The notes below the pieces were generated by a model. It had not been told where the DNA came from. It did not search any database and saw only the letters and a list, made by a program, of their open reading frames with translations. A DNA stretch of 61,317 nucleotides, the filler included, from Globobulimina sp. (Eukaryota), in the NCBI GenBank assembly GCA_003354225.1. It is 17 parts of 17 records of this genome, joined end to end, with 100 filler letters (N's around TTAATTAATTAA, not from the genome) between each part and the next. Parts side by side here need not be neighbours in the genome. Positions count along the whole stretch, not along the records: positions 21,687 to 25,199 come from PIVH01002617.1; positions 25,300 to 28,812 come from PIVH01002618.1; positions 28,913 to 32,425 come from PIVH01002619.1; positions 32,526 to 36,038 come from PIVH01002620.1; 13 more parts are not named here. One strand, written 5' to 3'. The position numbers and the translations under genes are program-made. Positions 22,337 through 32,788 of the stretch are shown one piece after another. Position 1 is the first letter of the stretch; every line of letters starts with the position of its first letter.

Positions 22337-24504
22337 TTACAAAAAATGAATTATCAACGTAGTCGCAACAACAACAGCCAATACATTATAAAATTTCAAT
22401 TTAGCGTTAACACCGGCAGTGAAATCACATTTTTTGCCGAGTTCCTCTTGAATGTCAAACTCCACATTCTCAACTTGTCCAAATCCGATGGTGTCCTCCT
22501 TCTTAGCAAACCACTTCGAACACGTTGCAATCACATCAATTATTTCACTATCTGTCATTCTCTGCATTCTCGTCAAACTTTGAGTGATGGCCACACATTC
22601 CCCACAGCCTTGAATTCCAAAATAAAATCTATATCCATTGCTATCGCACTCATTCGAGAAAGGCACTGTTAAGTCGTCCATGTCATATCTTACGACCTTT
22701 AAATCACAATTAGTATTCGAACCTGTTTCTAATCGTTTTTCGTTTTCTGATCCATTCTCAGTCAAATCACACAAACAATGAACAACTCCATTCCATAAAC
22801 CATGCCTATTTCCGACAAATGGCTGTTTTTTACAAACAGTAAACGAGAGAGCAAAATCTAGAAACGGTTCCTCTGCACAACCGTCATCTGTACAATCCTC
22901 ATTGGTCAAGTTTTCATTCTCTTGACATTTTGTTGGAGACAGTGTTGGATATTTGGTGGGAGATAATGTTGGAATTTTTATTGGTGATTTTGATGGAGAT
23001 GAAATTGGTTCAGCTGTGCTTGGAGAAAATGTCTGGTTATAATTATAAATGAGTTGTTTTGTTGGTGATGATGTTGCATTTGGATCAATGGTGGGAGATT
23101 TGGAGGGTACTTTGGTTGGTGATGACGTTGGTTGTTTTGTCGTGGATAAACTCGACGTTCCAGGAGTATGAGTTGGTGATTTGGACGGAGCTGTGGTTGG
23201 ATTATTGGTTGGTGAATTCGATGGGTTTTGCGTAGGATTGGATGTGGGAGTAACAGATGGATTTGTTGTGGGTGCGTGACTTGGCGGTGATGTGGGTGAA
23301 ATAGTTGGTGGTGAATTCGAAGTAGGTGCATTGCTGAGAGCCAATGATGTAGGAGCTGTAGGTACGTTGCTCGGTGGTTGTGTAGGAGCTAATGATGGAG
23401 CAATTGAAGGTGGTGACGTTGGTGCGTTACTTGGCGGGGATGTAGGTGCTTGACTCGGTGCCAAAGATGGCGGAGTTGTAGGCACATCACTTGGCGGTGA
23501 TGTGGGTGCATTACTCGGCGCAACAGTTGGTGGCGAAGTAGGTGCATTGCTGAGAGGCAATGATGTAGGACTTGTAGGTGTGTTACTCGGTGGTTGTGTA
23601 GGAGCAATTGAAGGTTGTGAAGTTGGTGCATGACTCGGTGGTGTTGTTTGTGTAATATTATAAATTGGTGCAACAGTTGGTGGTGAAGTGGGTGCATTGC
23701 TGAGACCCAATGATGGAGCAATTGAAGGTGCTACAGTTGGTGATGATGTTGGTGCATGACTTGGTGGTGAAGTAACTGAAGTTGGTGCATGACTCGGTGG
23801 TGTTGTTTGTGCAATAATTTGTGCAACAGTTGGTGATGAAGTAGGTGATGTTTGTGCAATGCTAGGTGCATCAGTTGGCGCTAAACTAGGCGTTGAAGTA
23901 GGTACATTGCTGGGTGCCAATGATGGCGGACTTGTAGGCATATGACTTGGTGGTGATGTGGGTGCATTGCTGGGTGGTTGGGTAGGAGCTGTTGATGGAG
24001 CAATTGAAGGTGGTGGTGTTTGTGTAATAATTGGTGCGACAGTTGGCGGACTTGTAGGCACATCACTTGGTGGTGTTGGTGCATTACTCGGTGCAACAGT
24101 TGGTGGTGAAGTAGGTGTGTTACTCGGTGGTGGTGTAGGAGCAATTGAAGGTTGTGAAGTTGGTGCATGACTCGGTGGTGTTGTTTGTGTAATATTATAA
24201 ATTGGTGCAGCAGTTGGTGGTAAAGTGGGTGCATTGCTGGGTGGTTGGGTAGGAGCTGTTGATTGTGCAATAATCGGTGCCATTGATGGCGGACTTGTAG
24301 GCACATGACTTGGTGGTGATGTAGGAGATGATGATGGAGCAATTGAAGGCGATGATGTAGGATCACTACCAATTGCTGAGGTGAATTACATATATATTAT
24401 TGTATGAGCATAAAGAGACCATTCTCAACTGTTTTGGATTAGAAATTAAAAAGTAATAATATGAATACGCAGCAACGTCTTGCAATTGACTGTTGGTATT
24501 GCAT
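22337..24504 (-). CDS. Secreted/GPI-like mucin-extensin-type Pro/Thr/Ser repeat protein with Cys-rich C-terminal domain; apparent frameshift in exon 1
   Basis: PTSPPSNA repeats, Cys-rich domain, hydrophobic C-terminal tail. Putative exon 1 MQYQQSIARRCCVFILLLFN with intron 24376-24429. Confidence 0.75.
23200..24360 (-). repeat. Coding tandem repeats (~24-bp units with larger block duplications)
   Basis: Recurrent GGTGCATTGCTG / GGAGCAATTGAAGG units. The block PIYNITQTTPPSHAPTSQPSIAPT occurs twice. Confidence 0.9.
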
Positions 24505-25129
24505 GATTCTTGACGAGGGTTTCATAATATGTCTGATTCCTGAAATTTCTGATGGATAAACAACAACTTGAAACAAATCAAGAATACGAAGCGTGCTGAG
24601 AGTAAAAAGTTTTGGATATAAATTAAGAAAAGTTTTGGACACAATCGTAATTACACACAAACAATTCATATACCTGCCATTGAAGGATTTATGGTCGTGT
24701 CTACATATGGATTTTATATCAATTGCAAGTTATCAATGATTGTACTTAATTGTTAGAGGCGATCGACACGCAAAAATATTGAGCAATACATATCAAGAGA
24801 ACATGCGATAAATGGATATTGTTAAACATCGAAAACATGCGTGTGGCGATTCAATGATTGAATTAATGTGGATATATGAAGTATGGATCGGATGTTATTT
24901 TATTCGAAGAAAAGATAAGGAAACGCATAATAAACAATGTAGTATGAATAAAAAGTCATATAATGATTCGGAAAATGAATTGCCAGAATTGGTTGGAATT
25001 AAAGTATTGGAAGCAAAGAGAATATTTCATTGAGATATAAATGCAAGATGTTTTCGTTGAAGATGTTGCTTATCAAACAAAAAAAAAGAAGAGGAGAGCA
25101 ATAATTCTGTGAGTGTCTTGATTGAACCT

Positions 25130-25199
25130 CTTTCGATGCAGGAATCGAACCTACGAAGGAGCGATTTGGACGCGCTCCATTGTCCCAAACAGGTGAAAG
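25130..25199 (-). other. tRNA-like element (intact T-arm/B-box), possibly a tRNA pseudogene or SINE head, at contig edge
   Basis: Minus strand GTAGG-TTCGATT-CCTGC T-arm, GGAGCG/CGCTCC stem around CCA, and a downstream T-run. D-arm and acceptor stem are poor. Confidence 0.4.
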
Positions 25200-25517
25200 N
25201 NNNNNNNNNNNNNNNNNNNNNNNNNNNNNNNNNNNNNNNNNNNTTAATTAATTAANNNNNNNNNNNNNNNNNNNNNNNNNNNNNNNNNNNNNNNNNNNNC
25301 TAAATATTCTAACAAGTAATCCCACTTAAAATCTTCTTCAAAACACAGTTACCATTTACCAATTGACTAGAACCAAGGTTGCAAAGACGCCACAAGTTGG
25401 TTATAATAAGTCATATACCAGCTTCTGAGCAAACATTGCAGTTTCTAACTGAGTGGTAACTGTTAACAGCGAACAATTTCAAAAATCAATCATCAGTGCA
25501 TTGCAAATTACTGTGTG

Positions 25518-26713
25518 CTACGACGGTATCTCTTTAACCTTTACATTTTGTGATAAGTCAAGTTTAGACACATTGTACAAATCACTATATCTACTTTTGC
25601 CATTCACAATTCCATCCAACATTTGATTTGCTTGTTTTGCTCTCTTCCATTTCTTCAAATTTGTTTTCAACTCTTTTTTCTTTAGTTTATGTCTCTTCGC
25701 TTCATCCTCATCCATTTGTTCATCCTCGTCATCCTCCTCATCATCGTCCCCCTCCTTCAGTGTAAAAGGAGTCTTATTACTTTTCTCAATCTCATTGTAC
25801 CGCACATTTAATCTAAACTCAAATTCATAGTCATACATTAACATGCCATCCAATAATAACTTTATGGTATAACTACCCGCTTCGTTTATAACATGCATAA
25901 ATCCATCACCAATCTCGTTATCATCCTCACTCACTGTCAATATTGACGCAGCCAATCTATTTATAACAATTTGTTCCGGTTTAACCGTAATACGTTTCAA
26001 TAATAATAATTTACGACAAATCTTTTGTTTACTGATAGTTGTATAAACCTCGTCAGTGTCGTGATCTCTCCTTAGTTTCATCTCCAATCGAACCTGCGAG
26101 ATATCGTTGGATATCTGTTCCATTTTGATTTGTGTGTCACGCTCTGCTCTCTTGTCTAGATTTAAATGCTTCCATCTGTATAAAGTAACAATTTGTTTCT
26201 TGAAATTTCGCAAATATAATATTAATACATAACATACCTTTCAATGTTTTCTGTTGAAGCAGGAAGCGCAATTTTTTGTGGTTGCAACCAATTTCTATAT
26301 AAACCAGTCTCAATTTTTGCAACTTGGCCAGCTAGAAACTCATCCATATCACGTATAAATATCACATTTATCCATTTTGGGTTATTTAGATCAAACCAAT
26401 ATGGTAATTCATCCTCTTTCTCATACATTCTTTGTTTTTTATCGCGTATTCTTTTTAATTTTTGATATTGTTGCGAAGTTAATCGGTTATAATTCCAATT
26501 CCAATGTTTCCATTTCTTAACATGTGGTTCAATATATGCCATATCCATTGATGATACGGGATCTTCTATTTTTCGTAAATTACGAGGACGATCTTTCCGA
26601 ATCTTTACACGGCGGTTAGAATTGTTGTAACGTGACTGATAATTTAAGCCAGTGCAAGTTCGTGAAAAAAGATGAATGTATGATGACTTGTGACTAGTTT
26701 TAGACGACAACAT
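25518..26713 (-). CDS. MRPL9: Mitochondrial ribosomal protein bL9m, 2 exons (intron 26176-26237)
   Basis: INVIFIRDMDEFLAGQVAKIETGLYRNWLQPQKIALPASTENI matches the L9 N-domain. VYTTISKQKICRKL...INEAGSYTIKL matches the L9 C-domain. Arg/Ser-rich presequence. Confidence 0.8.
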
Positions 26714-26744
26714 GGTTTAACTAAAAAACTTTTTCAAAAAAGAA

Positions 26745-27565
26745 ATGGTGATCAAAGTAGCTTTTGAGAAATCAAAACCATTCCGCCATTATCCAAAACA
26801 ATTCCCATGGTTTAATACAATAACAAAGCCAGGTCGTGGCGTGAATAAAAAGGTGACAAGTAAATGGACCCGATTACAGCGTGTATTTAATAGGGAAGTT
26901 TACACCCAATGGTTTGGAAACAGTCGATTTATAATGCTTGTAAATATTGAAAAGTTGGATAAGTTTAAATTAGCATTTTATAATCAAAAATTACGGCCAT
27001 TGGGTATGGAAATGCTAAGAGCAAAACAAACGGTAATTTTTTATCTTCTGTTACAAACAATGCCATTTTTTAATTTTTCCTGTGTTAAGGACGTTGTTCC
27101 AGTATTTAATAATATGGCATTATATGGTTTATCAAATGCATTGAGGTCATCATCATCCACACCAACTATGATTATTTATGCATATGGCAATCAATTATCG
27201 CCCATAGGAAATGTTGAGACCATACCAATTATTAAAAAAATTATCAAAGAATTTCATAAAAATAAAAGGAAACCAAATAATTATATTCTTGCAGGTTATT
27301 TTACTTATTTTCTGGAATTTTCATAAATTAAAATGAATGTAAATAAATAGGAGCAATCGACAGAGAAATACTAACACAAAAACAGCTGGTATCCATATTG
27401 GATTATGATGAACCCATTGGTCATTGGAGCTCATTAAGTGGTTTACTCAATGTATCTGCACAAATTCCTTCAATGTTACAGTTGAATCAAATGTCGCTGG
27501 TAAATGCACTGCAATTTTATGCTGATAGTAATGGACAAAGTGATGATGTTGAGAGTAGTGATTGA
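26745..27565 (+). CDS. MRPL10: Mitochondrial ribosomal protein uL10m-like, 3 exons (introns 27033-27089, 27295-27350)
   Basis: WFGNSRFIMLVNIEKL...QKLRPLGMEMLRAKQT...PTMIIY...IIKEFHK...YILAGAIDREILT...LSGLL follows the uL10 pattern. Confidence 0.72.
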
Positions 27566-27599
27566 AACGATAGTGTTTTTTGTATTTTTTAATTAAACC

Positions 27600-28812
27600 A
27601 TGCTTGTAGTAAAACCACAGTCTTTATTCAAAAGAATTCCTTTCGTGATAACAGTAGTATTCTTCGCATTGGTTGTCGCAAACACTGCGGTATTGATTTG
27701 GTCATATTCTACACCAATATGGCAACATGTAAAAGTAATTATATTCCTCCACACTGATTCATTCCCACCAATCACACCCTTCTTACCACCAATACCAAAT
27801 AAATTCGAACTAAATGAACTTTCGTTGTCTCTCAATGATATATTTACAAATTATTGGAACGCACCAGCTTTATTTCCAGCATTGGCCATTCTGATATCAA
27901 CATACATCTATCCCTACGCAAAAATAATGGTTTATGTTATTGTATTTTTTATTCCGTTAAAACAGGAATATCAAATATTAGCAACATTTCAAATTAATCA
28001 ACTCAATAAGATAATGTTCGTACCATTCGTTGCTACGCTTGTTCAATGCGTTACATTTTCAATGACCATCGTTTCGCCAACTCATATATTACAAGATTTA
28101 TCTGATATATCTGGTGAAGCATATCCTGGAACCGGTGTAGTTATAAATATTTTTAATATTTTAGTTTATGCCATCATTGATTATCTATTGTTCATTATTA
28201 TTACACATAAAAATAATGCTGAAAAAATGATGCGGATTCAATTGGAAACGGAAACGCAAACACAATATACTCCAACATCATATTTAGGAATGCTTTGGAG
28301 GTCAATATTCATGGTGATAATAATAGGCAATATTTGGTTACTTTTGGAAGCTGTAACAAGTGTACCAGTAAGGTTTGAGCTCGCTGGCGCACTCTCAAAA
28401 TTTGTGCCTGTTAAATATATCACAAATGATATATTTGAAACTGGACATATTTTATTGACAACATCTTTATTGCATGGTACAACCGCATGGTTTCTATATT
28501 TAATTTATATCACAGTGTTTGTAGTATGTCCCGGTATTGTTGCTTTATTATTGTTTGTTATTTGGATTATATATATTCCATTTTTTAATACGAGATATGG
28601 TTCTACTGTTATTCACAAATATATTTTGAATATATTATGGTTTATATTTTCGTGGGCTTCATTTGATGTATTTTTATTGTGCCAATTTGGTGCTTCACAA
28701 CCAAATATTAAGAATGGAACCACGCATATTTTGGATAATACGTTCCCAGAATATTGCGGGGAATCTGGTCTGGTAACAAAAATATTTGGTGAGGATTGTT
28801 TATGGATAAATT
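27600..28812 (+). CDS. Multi-pass membrane protein, PqiA (paraquat-inducible A)-like, 3' truncated
   Basis: Two PqiA-like units: YWNAPALFPALAILISTYIYPYAK and VFVVCPG...SWASFDVF. Confidence 0.6.
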
Positions 28813-28912
28813 NNNNNNNNNNNNNNNNNNNNNNNNNNNNNNNNNNNNNNNNNNNNTTAATTAATTAANNNNNNNNNNNNNNNNNNNNNNNNNNNNNNNN
28901 NNNNNNNNNNNN

Positions 28913-29416
28913 ATAGCTGCAGAGCAACAAATATCACACAATTACATCTTTTGTTATGCCAATGCTGCTGTTGAGGAATTATCATCAAAAATACTGACCA
29001 TGGCTCGACAACGTGATTTTGGAGTTGACCAATCCGGATTTGATATTGTTGCAAATATGGGCTGTCCGTATGACGTGACATGGCCAACCAGCAATATATA
29101 TAATTGGATATCCACAGCAGCAGAGATCACAACCACATCCAGTGAATTATGGCTTTATTCGCCAGGAGGCTGGGGCCCTTTTTGTGGCTTTGCGTGGCGG
29201 GCTCCGGAGAAATATAATTGTGTTGCTCTCCTGCAAAAATTTACTGACAATAATTTTAATGAGCACAGGCACATTGGAGAAAGAACATCAGAATTTGGAA
29301 TTGAATGTGATGTTCATGCCTGGATCAAAAATGGTAATGGTCGTTGGAATGTATTTAGTGGAGTTGATCCGCGAATGATTCCTCACACTCAAAAATCGTT
29401 TTTGAACAGAGCTTAG
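28913..29416 (+). CDS. Hypothetical protein, 3' part (beta-rich domain)
   Basis: Frame open from contig start to TAG at 29416; Trp/Gly-rich LWLYSPGGWGPFCGFAWRAP. Confidence 0.55.
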   Translation: MAAEQQISHNYIFCYANAAVEELSSKILTMARQRDFGVDQSGFDIVANMGCPYDVTWPTSNIYNWISTAAEITTTSSELWLYSPGGWGPFCGFAWRAPEKYNCVALLQKFTDNNFNEHRHIGERTSEFGIECDVHAWIKNGNGRWNVFSGVDPRMIPHTQKSFLNRA

Positions 29417-30125
29417 ATAATTATTATTGAAACATTGCAGCCCAAAATATCCATAATTTTACTAACAATATTCTTTAAAAAAAACATACAATTTTCCTTA
29501 GTTACATTCACTTCAGATTCAATCCTCAATTTTCCTTTTAAACATGTCAACTGTACAACAGATACAACATACTGTTGATCTCTCTCTCTCTCTCTCATGG
29601 TACAGTAATCCATATTTTGCATGATATCTTTGTATGTTATTTGAAAATGCCACGAATCGAACGACTATGTATGGAAGGGTTCAAATTGTAGCGTTTACAA
29701 ATTCAGAAAATAAGAAAAGTGAACATTTTATCGATTCGGAAATTGGTTTATCAGAAATTGACGAAATAAAAAATAAATACGCCAACGAGACAGAAAAAGA
29801 GAAATTAGAAAATATGTCAAGTACTGATGATGATATCTGCCATTTGCGATGGATTTATTTTTTTTGCAATAAACATTACATGCATGTCATCAGTGAGTAT
29901 AGCATGATTTAATTAATGCCGCTGTGTTTGAGACTTGGTGCAATTTATGTGCTTCGTATGATGTTTTAATTAATAAATTGTATTTTTGCTGGTTTATGAC
30001 TGTGAGGATATTTGGTTTATTATACGTATACAGAAACAATACATATAATACATACAATACATATAAGTATACAAAAACAATTAATTGCAAGGATATAATT
30101 ATTATTACATGTACAGGTTATATAA

Positions 30126-30770
30126 TTATTTTTTCTTTTTAACAATGTACAGGTTCTCTTCATTTTCATTTAAAAAAAGGCTCCCTCCCTTCCAATATGT
30201 ATCCATACAAACAACCAAATAATAAGTTTTTGCCGACTGTATATTCCTAAAAGCAATTCCTTGATCACTCCCATTTACTGAATATCACATTGCTTTTTTT
30301 TCAAAATCAACTCTCATTTCAATCACATCACCGGCACCCCATTTAATTCCATATTCTTCATCTTTTCCTAAATTGTATTTCTTACCATAATATCCATCAT
30401 ATCCATAATCTATCGCATCCCACTCAGCATCAACATTCCTGTTTGATTGAATACCAATATACATTCCACCACTCCTCCTTTCCTTACATGTCAACTTCCA
30501 TTTATATTTATATTTATTTTTTCTGTCTGCCTCAATTCCTATACTTCCAAATGCATTGCCATAACTATAACCACCACCATTGCTTGAAACAGTTTTCCCA
30601 TTGTTTGAGATTGTAATCCATCGATGAGCAGTTTTGAATGTGTCTACAATATTTTGATAATAATCGCCATAATAATTATGACAAATTTGATTAATGGATA
30701 TTGGAATGATTTTCTGTTTGATTGTTTTTTCAACTTTTCGTATGTAGCCAGACACAATTAAAAACTCCAT
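30126..30770 (-). pseudogene. SPRY-domain gene interrupted by in-frame TGA at 30285-30287
   Basis: ...WGAGDVIEMRVDFEKKAM*YSVNGSDQGIAFRNI...YYLVVCM: the SPRY core continues in frame after the stop, to TAA at 30126. Confidence 0.75.
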
Positions 30771-30908
30771 TACTTGAGTGAAAAAACTGAAATGTATGCA
30801 GTTGAGTTATTTGATGAAGATAGAAAATATTAGAAAAGGAAAAATTAGAAAACGGATTACAAACACAAACAATGAGAAGAATAAGAAAAGAAATCAGAAT
30901 GTCATGCA

Positions 30909-32425
30909 TTAACAACAATTGTCAGGGAATTGTACTTGTGACCGATGCTGCATTTTTTGCCCATTTGCTGTATAAATAACTTGTACTCGAATTATAAACG
31001 GCTTCTGTCCATACACTGTGTTGGTTAATTGAAATTTTTGCGTCACTGAATTTTGCGACAAAGCCAACAATTTGGTGCCGTTTGCCGGCTTAAATTGCAA
31101 TTTAATATACTTTGGCACCGCAATCATAAATGAAAAGTCGCTCAATTCGAAAGCATTGCTATTATGAAACACTGCCAACACACGACACACTCCCTGGCCC
31201 TGCGTCGGTGCAAAATTAAATGTCGCCGAGATTCCATTCTTATTATACGCCTCGAACGGCGCAGGCTTGGTCATTGCCGCTGTATTGCTGCCGCCGCTGT
31301 TTCTAGCTCCACTCCCCAATAAATCCAAATCACCCAACAAGTCGCCGCTGCCGCCGCTATTCGCCACAGCCACACCGCTCTGACCCCCCATCCCCGACAA
31401 CAAATCGCCCAACAAATCCCCACCAGAACCATGCCCAGATTGCCCCCCAAACGACAGCAAATCCGTAGTGTTCACCGCTGCCTCCTCTCTGCCAAACTCG
31501 CCATTCACTTTCCTCTCCGCCACAGCCACAGCCACCGCCGTCCCGCCATTCACATTGGCGTTGCCCGCATTGCCCCCAACGGCCTCATCCGGGCCCAGCA
31601 ACACCGGGATCACCGGAGGCCCCTTCTTTTTGCCTTTGCCCTTCCTCTTCTTCCGCTCCTTCTCCCTCTCCCGCTCCCTCAGTTTGCGCTTCTTTTCGCG
31701 CTCCAGTTCCCTCCGTCGCTTCTCCCGCTCCTTTTTCTTGCCTCGCTTGCCTTTATCCTCCGACTCGCTGTCGCTCGCACTCTCGCTCTCCGACTCGCTC
31801 TCTGACGATTTGCCGCCACTCTCCTCCTCGCTCGATTTGTCGCTCTCCTCCTCGTCGTCGCTCTTCTCGCTCTCCTCCTCCTCCTCCTCCTCGCTCTCGG
31901 TATTGGTGTCCGTGTCGCTCTCATTGCGCTGCCGCATCGTCGCCTTGTTCTCCGTGAAGATGCGCTCGATTTTGGGCACCGGCATGGCCTTCAAAATCTT
32001 GTTCCGCGCGCTTGGCTCCGTATGCTCGAACAAGGCGCAAAACTCGATGCTGCGCTGTTGGACTTCGATCTGTTTGTCGCACTTAAACTGCTCCAAAATG
32101 CTGTTGATCTTCTCGTCTTTGTCTATGTTTTGCAGCTGGTACTTATGCCGGATCTTCATCAACGCCGTCAACCCCAAGCCCTTGGTGGTCACCGTCGACT
32201 TCTCGTCTTTGATCACATACTTCAGCATCGCCAGGATCTCGTCCGTGGTCTTGATGGCGAAGGGCCCGATGTCCAACGTCATGTTCTCGAACATGGACTG
32301 CGAAGCATGCGAAGGGCTCTCCTCGTCCTCGTCGTTGCTCTTCTTATCGCGCATCAGCTCTTCGTTGGCGTCGTGGCACGCCGCCGCATCCATCAATCGG
32401 TCGCCGTACTCGCCGATGAGCCACG
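30909..32425 (-). CDS. AP1G1: AP-1 adaptor complex gamma subunit (trunk end, hinge, GAE ear), 5' truncated
   Basis: WLIGEYGD, LTALMK, IEVQQRSIEF, ILKAMP, clathrin-box-like DLL motifs, ear AVPKYIKLQFKPANG...VTQ. Confidence 0.9.
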
Positions 32426-32788
32426 NNNNNNNNNNNNNNNNNNNNNNNNNNNNNNNNNNNNNNNNNNNNTTAATTAATTAANNNNNNNNNNNNNNNNNNN
32501 NNNNNNNNNNNNNNNNNNNNNNNNNATATATCGTTAAAGGCAAGGTGTTTCTTTTTCAACGAAACGTTTTCCGGCGACTGATGAAAAGGAAAATGTTGTT
32601 TCACCTTTTTTTTTAATAACGTTAAAAAAAAAGAAAAAAAAGAAAAAATAATATAACAGAAAATATCTAGCCCCATGCAACGAATAATAGCAAACCAATT
32701 AAAAAAATAATTCAAGAAAAAAAAATATTTAAATATAAAAATTGACAATGAAACAGATTGGAAAAAGAAACAATTACAACATCCATTA

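Noticed and set aside
22978-24372. His/Leu/Gln-rich ORFs and CRISPR-like periodicity
   Set aside because: These are alternative frames of the Pro/Thr/Ser coding repeat. There is no constant repeat with unique spacers and no cas genes.
24560-25040. Coding-like stretch upstream of the mucin gene (similarly 21730-22070)
   Set aside because: Multiple stops and no recognisable motif. It may be decayed gene or transposon debris, but I cannot support a call.
29579-29596. (CT)n microsatellite
   Set aside because: An ordinary short simple repeat.
31431-32481. Long Ser/Leu- and Arg-rich ORFs
   Set aside because: Antisense or alternative frames of the GC-rich AP-1 gamma gene.
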